64,000 bases of DNA from Eledone cirrhosa (GCA_964016885.1 OZ024742.1:250046001-250110000), one strand, 5' to 3'; positions 1 through 12,760 are shown, numbered from the stretch's first letter. Numbers and translations are program-made. Notes: a model not told the origin generated them from the sequence alone.

Positions 1-224
1 TGAAGGTGTAAGCATGTGTGTGTGTGAGCGTGTGTCTGTGTGTGAGTGTGAGAGGATATGTTTATATGTAAATGTGGGGACTAGATGCTCTATCATGTTA
101 AAACTGGTCTGTGTATGCGTGGGAGAGAGAATAAGTAAAGGTGTAAGCGTGCGTGTGTGTGAGTGTGAGAGGATACGTGGAAGTGGAAAGTGTGGGGCTA
201 GGTGCTCTATCATGTTAAAAATTG

Positions 225-1715
225 GGTGTTGATTTCTAGTCTGTTATTGATTGGTGGTTACGTTTTGTTTATAATAAGTGCTTCTTTAATTCTAAGATTG
301 CCGAGGTTTCTTTCCTTAGCTTCTATCCTAACTATTATGTTTTTGTCGGTGTTTTTGCATTTAGGTGTTTCTTAAATGAGTAAGCATTAGTTTTGAGGTG
401 TTCTGTTATTCTAATGTGAAGTGATCTGGTGGTGCTACCTATGTAGAAATTGTTGCATTTTTCGCACTCTAATCTGTATACGACGTAAGCCTGGTGGCAT
501 AGGTCTGTGTCGTCGATGGGGCAGTTGGCCAGCATGCAGCGGCTGTCATGTCTGGTGGAGTGTCTCTTGGTTAGCTGTCCGCGTGGGCTAGCAGGATATC
601 TAGTCCCTCCCGTCACTGAAGTGTGGGAGCTTCAGGCAGCAGGTGTTAGTGCCTCGGGTGTGGTGTCCTCTGTTGTTTCTGGCACGGTTCGCGGTGGACG
701 TCGGTATCCGTTCAGTTTAAGTACTTCTAGGAAATGTGTGGTGTGTGTGTCTCGGTCTCTTGCATCGGTGCATTTCTTCCGGATACGTGTAGCTCGTTCC
801 TCATGTATCCGAACTTAGCAGTGACTGGGAGGGCTGATCTGAAATGTACGAACAGGTCCCTGCTGGCGGCTTTTTTATAGAAGCAGGTGTGGCTGTCGCC
901 CTACTCTGTTACTCTGAGTTTGAAGTCCAATAGGGATAGGGATCCGCGGTCATCGGGGTGTTCCATGCTAACTTTATATTGGCGTCCATGCTGGAGAATG
1001 TTGTGTATATTTTATCCGCTTCTTCCCGGCATGATGTAAGGATGAGTATGTCATCTACATATCGGGTGAAGAAGGTATAGGAATGGCAGGTGTTGAGGGC
1101 TCGGCATTCCAGCTGGTTCATATAAGTGATGGCCAGCAGGCGCGATAGGCTGGATCCCATGAGTTATCCTATTTTCTGTCTGTATGTGTGGTGATGGAAG
1201 GTTAATACGTATTGTCCACTGTGAAGGACAAAAGCTGGTGTATGTCCGTCGGATGGAGGGCGTAGCAGTGGACAACTTTAGCGAGCACGCAGTCCGTCAA
1301 TAAATCGACAGCTGGATGAGCGGGGACTGTAGTGTAGAGGGAAACAACGTCGAGGCTAAAGGCGTATCTATTGAGTTTAAGTTGTTCTGGCTGGAGTTGG
1401 TGTAGTCTACGTATGACCTCGTTGGAGCTACTGACATGCCCAGAAAGGTGGAGAGTAGAAGCTTGAGGACCTGGGAGAGGAGCCAGGAGATTTTGCATAG
1501 AGGCCCTTCTATGCTAGAGACGATGTGTCTTAGTACTATTCTTGTGGGTCTTGATGAGGTGATAGAAAGTGGGCAGTCTGCTATTTCTATTGGTGTAATT
1601 GGACTTAAATGTATTTGGGAGTTGTCTTCTACTACAGATGTCGAACCAGATGGAGTTGGTCTGTTTTTCGATCTGGGCTGCAGTTATTTCCGGTACCTTT
1701 GTATGCAGTTCTCGA
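225..1715 (-). mobile_element. Degenerate Penelope-like retroelement (RT + C-terminal GIY-YIG endonuclease), Penelope/Poseidon-type motifs
   Basis: Minus-strand ORF pieces in the expected order: LPTFYHLIKTHK, FSLDVVSLYT, MGSSLS..LA..YM, RYVDDI, then VVYRLEC..C..FYIGSTTRSLHIRITEH and LRIKEALII. Several stops and frameshifts. Confidence 0.9.
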
Positions 1716-1832
1716 AATATCAGGATATTCAAATAAATTTAAGTTAAAAGACCAATTGTCAGTGATATCTTTTGCATTTGTATTTATATTCTACATCCAT
1801 ACCTGCATTGTTCTGGTCTTTTAACTTCAAAC

Positions 1833-1939
<107 letters not shown>

Positions 1940-2133
1940 CGTAAATACTATATATCTCTCTCTCTATATATATATATATAGTATTTACGTATCGACAGAG
2001 AGAAAAAAGGGTTGTTTATGCCCTTGAGAAGCCCATCCGAGCGAAACGTACGTAGGTGCTGTATTAAATAAACATGTATTAACGGGCTGTTCTCCTATAT
2101 CTTACTTTTCCACGTATATATATATATATATAT

Positions 2134-2230
<97 letters not shown>

Positions 2231-2584
2231 TATATACATATACACATGTAAATATGGGTTAATTCGAATATTGAGAAGAATCTTCAATTCGTTTGTAAAC
2301 AAACGGCCCGATTTGAAGCTGTGCCGTGCCAGTGACCGATCATCACTTGTTTGTTCAACACTGGCTTTGAGGAACAATCAACATGTTCCTGGGCCATTAC
2401 CCTTCATCAGAACTCTATACCTCTGCCAATCTGTTGAACGGTAGAAAATATATAGTAGAAATATATCGGCTGATTAGCTTCATTTGCATCCCGAGTGAGT
2501 TATGGAGAGCCTTGCCGAATATTAAAAACAAAATTAGAATTTTATTTCTCGTCCTAGCACAGCTGGTACATAAATGCAAGTATG

Positions 2585-2663
<79 letters not shown>

Positions 2664-2944
2664 GCGCAAACACACACACACACAGATATATATATATATA
2701 TATATATATATACCTATTTATACATAAAAAAGAACATTTTCGCTTTACATGGTTGCATACAATAAATGTAATCTGAGGTTTTCGAATATTAATAACAAAA
2801 CTCGTTTCGATCGCAACTATGCAATAAGCCTCAATTTTATAGCCATGTCAGTAGAATGAACCCTTCATTCTTTCTCTTGTGTTGGCATATGAACGGAACT
2901 TCAGACACTAATGTTTCTGGGTATAACACTTCATTAGTACAGCT

Positions 2945-3449
2945 CACTGTTCACCTGCCAACCTGTCAGAGCTAGTGAAAATATATGCCATTTTCAAAAA
3001 TACACAGTGACTGATGGCCTGATTTGCATATTAGCAGACTGCCTGATCATATCAGATCTGCATATTAGCAGATCCACTGATCAACTAGATTTGCATATCA
3101 GCAGACTGGCCAGTCAGTTTCCTGTATACGAGCGATAAATGGCCGGCTTTGCCAAATTCAAATGAAAAAGAAAATGTTCGCTCTACATGGCTGAATACAA
3201 TAAATGTAATCTGAGTTTTTCGAATATTAATAATAACATTCGATTCGTTTGCAATTATGCACACAAGCCTCAATTTTATAGCTATGTCATTAGAATGAAC
3301 CCTTCATTCTTGCTCTTGTGTTGGCATATAAACAGAACTGCAGACACTAATATCTGGGTATCACCCTTCATCAGGCCGATCAGTCACTGTGTATTTTTGA
3401 AAATAGCATATATTTTCACTAGCTCTGACAGTTTGGCAGGTGAACAGTG
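2945..3449. mobile_element. CACTA/EnSpm-like non-autonomous element (MITE)
   Basis: ~78-bp imperfect TIRs starting CACTG (2945) and ending CAGTG (3449). CT on both flanks (2-bp TSD). Three subterminal GAT(T/C)TGCATAT(T/C)AGCAGA repeats at 3021-3105. Confidence 0.6.
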
Positions 3450-3499
3450 CTCTATCTTCCAGTGCTCTACTTTCCAGTGTTCTACCTCCTCTCTCTCTC

Positions 3500-3601
<102 letters not shown>

Positions 3602-3924
3602 TCACACGCACACGAACACCCACCCACCCACACACCCACACCCACACCCACACACACACATACATATATATATAACTTTCTATCTATCAATATATATGTA
3701 TATCTTCTAACCTAGCTCTCTATCTCTTTATTTAATTACCTATCTATATGTAGATGGATGTTGTTTTTATTGACTGACTTTATATATAAATACCCCTAGA
3801 TAGCAGTTGTTAAACATCTGACCAGATATGTCTTTACATATTGTCAACAATTTCTGTGAGAGACAAGGAATTAGATGTTTGCAGTATTAATGTGGTCAGG
3901 TAAATAAATGTATACATATATACC

Positions 3925-4860
3925 AGGTCCGGGCCCAATGGAACCAAATTCCCACTGTCACTGCCTCCATCTTTCACGCTTTCCCCATCTCACGCTATTA
4001 TAAGCAAATGGTGACCCACGTGCTGTTGTCTCGCGGTCCCGGCGTACACAATAGAGAAAGTGTTTCCCCGGAGTATGGTGAGGGAGACACGTTAGAAAAT
4101 CCATTCCAGCTCGTGAGGCTCACACATCCGTGTAGCCAATTAGGTGCCGAAGATGGTGAGTAGTGAGGTGGTCCTAGACCCCAGTACACTAAAAGTTTCC
4201 ACTGCTATGGGCCCAACCACAAGCCTGTCGAAGAACCGACCGATATTTGGAGAGTTTATTCTCCTCGGCCAGAAGTGCAGTAGGGCCTGGGTTTGTAGCA
4301 GACTGCACCAGGTTACCGCTGGAGAATGTGTCGCTGCATGTGGCATCCCAGATGAGGGAGTTACGACCGCGGAACGGGTACATGGTCATGCTGTCTGGCC
4401 TTTTGCCGTCCCCTCGGTCCAGCCCCGCCGGTTCGAGGTGGGAGGGGAAACCTGCATTATCCTAACCATGCTTTATGACCTCGGTGATAGAACAGCGGGT
4501 GGATCCCGAAAGATTCTGCAGTGGATCCGCAGCGACATTTGTGTAGCTCGCAGATCCGGAGGCCAAACCTCAGGGAATCCCCGATTTGCAGGTTATCATT
4601 ATACAGCTGCGTGCCAGTAGAAAAGGAGGGTAAGGCATTGAGCCAGGCACCGCTGTAGGGTTGCGGGGCGTTGCTGGTCGTGTTGTCGCGCTAGCCTGTC
4701 TGAGGTCATGTCGCACTGGATAGCATCCCATATGCCCTGGAGGATTTGACATCAACAGGAGGAAGTAGTGGAGGGACGTCTAATGGGTGGAATCTCAGTC
4801 GGTTCCAAGTTTCACAGGTGACCTCGCATTCCTCGTTCACTGTGGGTTCCGTTGTTGTAT
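3925..4860 (-). mobile_element. 3' fragment of an RLE-type non-LTR retrotransposon (CRE-like)
   Basis: Minus-strand translation gives HKCRCG..GIHPL (zinc knuckle), LEPAGLDRGDGKRPDSMTMYPF..LIWDATCSDTF..AEENKLSKY and PIAVET (restriction-like endonuclease). Frameshifted. Confidence 0.8.
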
Positions 4861-5274
4861 ACGCACCTATCAGTCTACCCACCTTCCTCTCTATCTATTT
4901 GTCTTTTTAACTGGCGAACTATAAATATATATTAATATATATTTACTAATGTATGTATACTTGCGCAGGGATAACATTGACGACAAAATACAAATCTCAA
5001 TACATATTTGTATACAGCTACACCTGAAGCTAAATCCTATCCCCCCTCTCTCTCTCTACCGTCTCTCTCTCTCTCACTCTCTCTCTCTCTCTCTTTCTTT
5101 CTTTATATATATGTATATATGTATTTAGAGAGAGAGAAATATATATATATATATATATATCCTACTATACAAACCGTTAAAATAATGTATTTCTTCATTG
5201 AACTCGTTTACTCGTCATTGAAATATACATCACAGCATTATTATTAAAGGACTTGAACATCTGAAACTACTTCG

Positions 5275-5338
<64 letters not shown>

Positions 5339-5376
5339 CGAAGTAGTTTCAGATGTTCAAGTCCTTTAATAATAAT

Positions 5377-5450
5377 GCTGTGATGTATATTTCAATGACG
5401 ACACTGGTCACACTGTTCTGTGTGCGAGTGTCGTGTCTTCATCAGACAGC
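5377..5450 (-). ncRNA. Type I hammerhead ribozyme (inverted copy of 6042-6115)
   Basis: Reverse complement: GCTGT-CTGATGA-long stem II (ACGACACT/AGTGTCGT)-GAAA-TATACA-TC-ACAGC. Confidence 0.8.
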
Positions 5451-6041
5451 TTGTTACATAATAAGGTTATCTCTCCATATTATTTACTCACTTCAATCTA
5501 TATTTTTACTCAATCCGAATTATCACTTGAAAAATTTTTGAATTTCGAATTTTTAAATTTTTTAATTGTTTAATTTATAATCTCAGATATTTGATTTAGG
5601 ATTTTAATTTTTAATTTTTATTTCCAACTCTCACTCTTAACTTCCAATGTAAAACCATGGTACCTAGAATTAAGTTTATTTTCCCTTATGAGTTGATGGT
5701 CAGTCTTACTGTCAACGCTTAGTGAAAGGTAGTATTATGATCTATAAAAACTAACACCCTCCCATCCCCTCTGGCTTTGGGCTGACTGCCACAGTCGTGA
5801 TGGGTAGCAGTAAACTTTGGTAGGGCATTGTTTTGGCTTAGATGGTGAACTGACAGCGAATTTCGTTGAAATCTGCGGTGGCTAATGGTCAACTTCCTTC
5901 GGACATGCGCTTGCGCAGACCGGTGGGGGTGAATTGGTACTCACAAGGGAACGGGTGAAAAACCCAAAAGCACGAACTTCATCCGTTCCCATGTCGATTC
6001 AATTTGGATTGCCTCGGAAACATAACCTTATTATGTAACAA

Positions 6042-6115
6042 GCTGTCTGACGATGACACGACACTCGGACACAGAACAGTGTGGCCAGTGTCGTCATTGA
6101 AATATATATCACAGC
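6042..6115 (+). ncRNA. Type I hammerhead ribozyme, canonical core
   Basis: Stem I GCTGT/ACAGC, core CTGACGA, stem II ACGACACT/AGTGTCGT, GAAA, palindromic TATATA stem III, cleavage triplet AUC. Confidence 0.85.
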
Positions 6116-6238
6116 ATTATTATTAAAGGACTTGAACATCTGAAACTACTTCGCTTTTCCTTATTCGATATTTACTCCGTCACTCCTATGTGGAAAAAGT
6201 ACGTTGAGTGCTTGAATTGAATTGCATCAATATTTACC

Positions 6239-6281
<43 letters not shown>

Positions 6282-6285
<4 letters not shown>

Positions 6286-7080
6286 TAAATCATGTCCTTA
6301 GAATCACTAGATAAAATATATACCATTTCTTCTCCCAATTAGCATAATTAACCATATAAAAATATCAATTAGACCAAGCTATAAGAATAAAGGCTCCTAT
6401 GAAGAAATTTTCGACAAATAACCGAAAGCGGTCTCTTCGCGGTGGCCCCGATAGAGTATTTATCTAACATATCAACAGCCTGTGTAAACTGACTAAATAT
6501 ACCGTCAACCATACACAATTAGGTGTAAATTCAAACTTAGAAGAAATGTGTACCTGCCGTAATTATATCTCTAACATGGTTTCGTCCGTATTTTTAGACA
6601 TCCAATAACAGGATATGTCCAGAGTTTCGGACTCATGAAGAGCGAACTCTAAATTTGACATTTAATTTTCCAAAGTGATCGCGCCAAAAATAGATTAAAA
6701 AATGGCTAAGAATCGTGACGTGGCAGTGGTCAAGTTAGAAAGAATGTGATTAGTTGCTTACGGCGGGTAGACTTGTTGCTAGAAAGCGCAGCCCAATATC
6801 CCCCAATTGTATCTCAACCTAACGGGAGTTGAAATGTTGGATAAATACTCTATCGGGGCCACCGCGAAGAGGCCGCTTTCGCTTATTTGTCGAAAATTTC
6901 TTCATAGGAGCCTTTATTCTTATAGCTTGGTCTAATTGATTTTTTTATATGGTTAATTATGCTAATTGGGAGAAGAAATGGTATATATTTTATCTAGTGA
7001 TTCTAAGGACATGATTTATGATATATTGCTCTGATTATTTAATTTATTAATTCTTCATTGAGCCACAACGTGACTGGTTG
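6282..7080. repeat. Fold-back copy of a dispersed repeat (also at 31205-32110)
   Basis: 6282-6470 is the reverse complement of ~6834-7025 and starts at a (TA)n tract. The same sequence occurs as a direct duplication at 31205-31385 and 31886-32062. Confidence 0.85.
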
Positions 7081-7276
7081 AAAAACATACATATCTATGA
7101 CTTTATGTATATGTAAACCTGTATATTTTATATATATATATATATATATATGTGTATATATATTAGTAAAAGGAAAAGAAAATGCTGACAAATTTTTCCC
7201 AGTGAAAAATAGTTTAATTAGGAATAAGTAAAAATTAGTAATAAGTATTGGTTAGTATTCAGTTTTAGTTTTACGT

Positions 7277-7312
7277 TTTTACCGGTTGCTCATTTCTAAT
7301 GGTTTTCAAAAA
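7277..7312 (-). ncRNA. Hammerhead-like motif with variant core (UUGAAAA / GCAA)
   Basis: Reverse complement: TTT-TTGAAAA-CCATT aga AATGA-GCAA-CCGG-TA-AAA. A paralog lies at 55747-55783. Confidence 0.45.
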
Positions 7313-7569
7313 TAATTTTGAGATAGAGCGCCCGTGATTAGAGCAAACATCACGGACGCTCTATCTCAAAATTATTTGTGAACTGTCACCAAACCAGTGA
7401 TTCTTTTCTGAGACATGTCTGGAGTACCTCTTAATTCGAAGTAGCAGCAGCTCTATCTGGATACATTACCATTGTTAAAATTTGGCACGATTACCGAATT
7501 GGAGATGGCGTATTTTGCTTTTACACTCACCTCCCTTCTTCTGATGACTGAAAACTGAAGCTACTCATT

Positions 7570-8045
7570 ACTGCAACAGCTCCTACAATACTTGCACTTA
7601 ATTCCGCTTATTGCCTTCCATTATTCGTGAACACGTCCGCGAAGTACTTAAAGTTCTCCACCTGCTTCAATGAAACTCCACTCATATGTAGAGTGTGCTG
7701 CATCACGCGGCAGCAAATCTATCATGTGCATCTCGGAGACCATCTTCTGACGAGTTAAGAAGTACTATGTCGTCTGCAAATTCAAGCTGACTGATCTAAC
7801 ACCCAACAGACTCAATACTCCTCCAATCTGGCATGTCAATGCTGTCCATGAAGGTTATGAACAGGTTTGGTGACAGTTCACAAACTCGGTGTTGTCCAAC
7901 ACCCACATGGAATGGTTTCAATTCAGAAGTATTTATCCGAACACTGATGTTAGAACATTCGTATAGAGACAGAGGGGCAACAAGAAGCTGTCCATCGATT
8001 CCATACTCCTGCAGAACATTCCTTTATACCCACTCAGCTTCTTCC
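7570..8045 (-). mobile_element. RTE-clade LINE reverse transcriptase fragment
   Basis: Minus-strand translation: VLQEYGIDGQLL..SLY..VRIN..PFHVGVG..LSPNLFITFMD..LEFADDIVLL. Confidence 0.8.
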
Positions 8046-8130
8046 CGTGCATAGATTGATTCCCTGACTAATGGTATCCGCGGTCTCGGCCAACAGTCAT
8101 TATACACACACACACGCACACACACACACG

Positions 8131-8161
<31 letters not shown>

Positions 8162-8413
8162 GCTTCAGTAACTCCCGAACTCAAGGTGCGGCCACACTTA
8201 ATGCAGCAGTAGGGTGCACTGCACCCTCTGTCCGCATTTATTATGCAACAATGCATAATCGGCACATGTGGCTTCATCAGCGGGTTTCGCCTAATCAATA
8301 ACCAATCGATCGACAGAATTCGACTCCAGTCCATGTCGGCTATGATTGTATGTGACGGACATCATAGTAAAGTGATTAGCAACTGGGATCTCTATGCATC
8401 ACAATGCTGTCCC

Positions 8414-8490
<77 letters not shown>

Positions 8491-8690
8491 TTAAGTCGTT
8501 TGGAAGCCTCGACAATGCAAATGGGTAAATATCCGGGTAACAAGATCCGGTAGTGGAGAGAGAAATGTAAGTGGGTGTACGTTGAGATGCGTGGTGTGTA
8601 TGAGATGTGTAGAAGAATGAAGGAAAGAATATAAAGGGTAAAATAAAATAACAACATGAGAGAGAGTTACCTTGGGAGAGATTTAATAGT

Positions 8691-8726
8691 CCCTATATAT
8701 TTCGGATTCACATCCATCAACTGGGG
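8691..8726 (-). ncRNA. Hammerhead-like motif, variant core CAGUUGA (inverted copy)
   Basis: Reverse complement of 8902-8937. Confidence 0.5.
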
Positions 8727-8901
8727 GTTTTTCCGGGGTGTGGGAAAGGTTGTCTGTCGGACAAGTGCGAAAGGCGTCCTCCGCTGTTTGTTGGAGGACG
8801 CGTTTCGCACATGTACATACATACATAGATACACACACACACACACACACACACTTCTCGCACTTGTCCGACAGACAACCTTTCCCCCACCCCGGAAAAA
8901 C

Positions 8902-8937
8902 CCCCAGTTGATGGATGTGAATCCGAAATATATAGGG
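8902..8937 (+). ncRNA. Hammerhead-like motif, variant core CAGUUGA
   Basis: CCC-CAGTTGA-T-GGAT gtga ATCC-GAAA-TATA-TA-GGG. Confidence 0.5.
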
Positions 8938-9182
8938 ACTATTAAATCTCTCCCAAGGTAACTCTCTCTTGTGTTGTTATTTTATTTTACCCTTTATACT
9001 GTTTCCCTCATTCTTCTACACATCTCATACACACCACGCATCTCAACGTACACCCACTTACATCTCTCTCTCCACCACCGGATCTTGTTACCCGGAGATT
9101 TACCCAATTGCATTGTCGAGGCTTCCAAACGACTTAAAGATATTTACTTATTATTCCACAATGCTTCAAGTAAACTCCAATA

Positions 9183-9337
<155 letters not shown>

Positions 9338-9361
9338 TATATACATATATATATATAAATA

Positions 9362-9511
<150 letters not shown>

Positions 9512-9962
9512 CATGTATGTATAATCCTGTGATTAAAAGCATCATTTCAAATGTAAACGCTAGCAGCATTTATATAAGCCGCGGCTCCAAGAGAGAATAT
9601 ATATCTCAACAGAAATTACTTGGTTGAAAGATGGAGGAAAGTAGGCAAGATTTACAGTGACGGCCAAAATAATATTTCTCGGCAGTTTTCTCTTGTTTTC
9701 TTCTTCATTTTCTTAAAGAAAAATGAGAAAAATAAATGAAATAAACAAACGTATAAAATAAGAAAGGCAAATGTATTCATGAATGTTGGCAACGGCATAA
9801 CTTCCATCACACTGCGGTCTACAGAAGTTAAATGTTTCTCTTGTAATTCCAACACTGGTTTCCTCATTTATGAGAATCTGTCAATCTCATTTGTAAAATG
9901 AAGGAAAACCACAGAAAAAGCAAATACTGAACGTATACACACACACAAACACACAAACACAA

Positions 9963-10119
<157 letters not shown>

Positions 10120-10200
10120 TATACATATATATATAAATAGATACATATAAATATATATATATATATATATACAAACATATACATATACATACACAGACAA

Positions 10201-10231
<31 letters not shown>

Positions 10232-10387
10232 CACTAACATGTATATATATATGTGTGTGTGCGTGCTTGTGTACGTTTGTGTTTATGTGTGCATGTGTCT
10301 GTATGTGTTATTTTGTATTTGTAAGCCTGTTTGTGTTTCGTATGTAGTGTGTCTGTATATATATATATACATATATATATATATAAC

Positions 10388-10421
<34 letters not shown>

Positions 10422-10916
10422 ATAAAAAATAACTCCAACCAAACACCAAACCTAACAAAACAAGATGACAAAAACAACAAACAAAACTTTCCTAAACATA
10501 TTCCTTGAGCCAAGTTAAGTAAATGGATATTGCAGCTGTTTGTCTAATTGATTAGATTCGGCAGTGAAGTTAATAAATCTGTAATTTATTGTACTACGTA
10601 ACCAGGGTTTTAATAAAATAAACATAAATGAGAAATTGCCTTCAAGTCTGACGTCGATTAATTAACTTAATTAGATGAAGTAAAATAAAGACTGTTCGCG
10701 GTGATGGTGGCGGGGGCGATGTTTGTGTCTGTGACAGCGGCATTGTTATGGTGGTGGTGGTGGTGGTGGCAGTGATGGTGGCGGTAATGGTGGTGGTAGT
10801 GGAGGTGGCAGTGGTGGTTGTTATGAAGGCGCTGGTGGTGGATATTATTTAGTTATTTTCTATTATTTCTAATAAACTGGCGGTAGACAGACTTAAAGGT
10901 GCAATATACATTACAG

Positions 10917-10977
<61 letters not shown>

Positions 10978-11199
10978 CATATATATACATATATATATAT
11001 GTGTGTGTGTATGTTTGTGAGTCTATACATGCATACAAACATATATATATATACATAACCAGAGAACTGCATGCGGTGAATAATGTACAGTATGTGACTC
11101 TTTCATTCTGTTGGATCGTACATGTGGGACACATTTCTCATCACCCTGACCAGGTTTGCTATCAATATATTGAAATTAGTCATATTGGAGATAGCTGAG

Positions 11200-11900
11200 A
11201 TCTGGTGGATCAGGTATTTGGAGGCCATGGATCGGGTCTAATGTGAATGGAGGATTTGGACCATATTGTTCAAAATTTCTATCCAGCGTTATGTGTCTAA
11301 CACTGGAATCTGTAGTTGGGGTGCTTAATGGAGTGGCCTACTGTTACCTTAATGCTCTGCTGGATGGAGGTAGCTATTTTCTGGATGTTCTCCATAGTGC
11401 TAGCTTCTAGTTCTAGTTCATGGGCACCCTCCCGTTGGGTAGTTTTAACCACTATATCAATCTCATCAACCTAGCGAGAGTACATGCTTATGGCAATGGA
11501 GTTCACATCTAAACGATTTTTTAGTCTCCTGACCCAACACACCATTAACAGATTGGTCACATTGATGGCCGATCCCTCTCCTTGGGCGTATGTTTTATTA
11601 TCGCATATGCGATCATTCTTCTTACCTGTTTGTGGTTTTCGGTGTTCTTTATGTCTCTGCTCCACTCCTTTCACCTTTCCGTGGGGTCTTTTTCGCCGTT
11701 TAGGTGATGGTAAGATGTCTCCCTCCTACTGGTCTACTGGGGCAGAAACAGCTACGGTTGTATTCATCTAGATATTCTGAGTCATTGGTAAGTTTAAGGA
11801 GGAGGCCCAATTCCCCTGTGTCAACTCCTCGGAATTTCACATCCCTCGCGCTGATCATCTCCACGAGTTTCTCCACAGCAAACTAAACGTCGGTGGATGA
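11200..11900 (-). mobile_element. Degenerate Penelope-like RT fragment of a distinct lineage (possibly Naiad-like)
   Basis: Minus strand: VEMISARDVKFRGVDTGELG, TYAQGEGSAI..LLM..W, MYSR*VDEIDIVV (decayed RYVDD), TMENIQKIATSI..KVTVGHSIKHPN (thumb). Confidence 0.6.
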
Positions 11901-12204
11901 GTGGAAGGAAACTGCCTCGATGCTACTTATTATGCATAAAAGACATAAACAGCAAAACAGCAAACGATATAAACCACGCACACAAAGAAACATAGGCATG
12001 ACAAAAACAAAGATCCAACGCACACAGACGCAGGCATAAATGCATGTGTAGCCACAAAACACGAAAAACGCACCACAAAACAAGGAGAATATATAGTAGA
12101 AGTTTAAATCCAAGAAAAAGAAGCACAATATAGATAGTCATTGAGGAGGCCTCAGAGTGTGTAACGAAAGAACTTTGACAAACAAATGAACAATACGGAC
12201 CTAT

Positions 12205-12312
<108 letters not shown>

Positions 12313-12551
12313 GCACACGCACACACACACACATGCTTACGCACGTGCTCAGGTATAGCTCTTTTTTGTTTCCATTTCAGGTAGACGCGCTCCATCATCC
12401 ACTTTTCTAAAAAATAAATCATACACAAAACGCCAGCACCAACAGTTTAGTAAGAGATGTCAACTTGAATGGACCTGTTATTTTTATCTAAAGACATTTT
12501 TTTCCAATTCCACCCCACCCGTCCCCTCAATCTATTTTATATCTCATTCTT

Positions 12552-12586
12552 TCTTCTGATGAGGACTAGCGTCCGAAACATTAAGA
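12552..12586 (+). ncRNA. Minimal type I hammerhead ribozyme
   Basis: TCTT-CTGATGA-GGAC tagc GTCC-GAAA-CA-TT-AAGA. Stem III is reduced, probably AACGTT decayed at its CpG. Confidence 0.75.
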
Positions 12587-12672
12587 CCCTCTTCCTGCTA
12601 TATCAAGTGTTAACCTAATATATACCTTCCATATACTGTACGATTGTGTTGTTATTTTTGTTTACCTTTTAC

Positions 12673-12759
<87 letters not shown>

Positions 12760-12760
12760 T

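Larger units (their letters stand above)
8489..9142. repeat. ~285-bp inverted repeat flanked by microsatellites
   Basis: 8489-8770 is the reverse complement of 8857-9142. The spacer holds a GGAGGACGC hairpin and (CA)n. Confidence 0.95.

Noticed and set aside
2021-2058. HHR-like GAAACGTACGTA with upstream CTTGAGAA
   Set aside because: The 3' half looks right but the core and stem I are too degenerate to call.
7541-7560. Isolated CTGATGA motifs (also 16022, 63483, 62948, and minus strand 8274/27773)
   Set aside because: No convincing combination of stem II, GAAA, NUH and stem I could be built.
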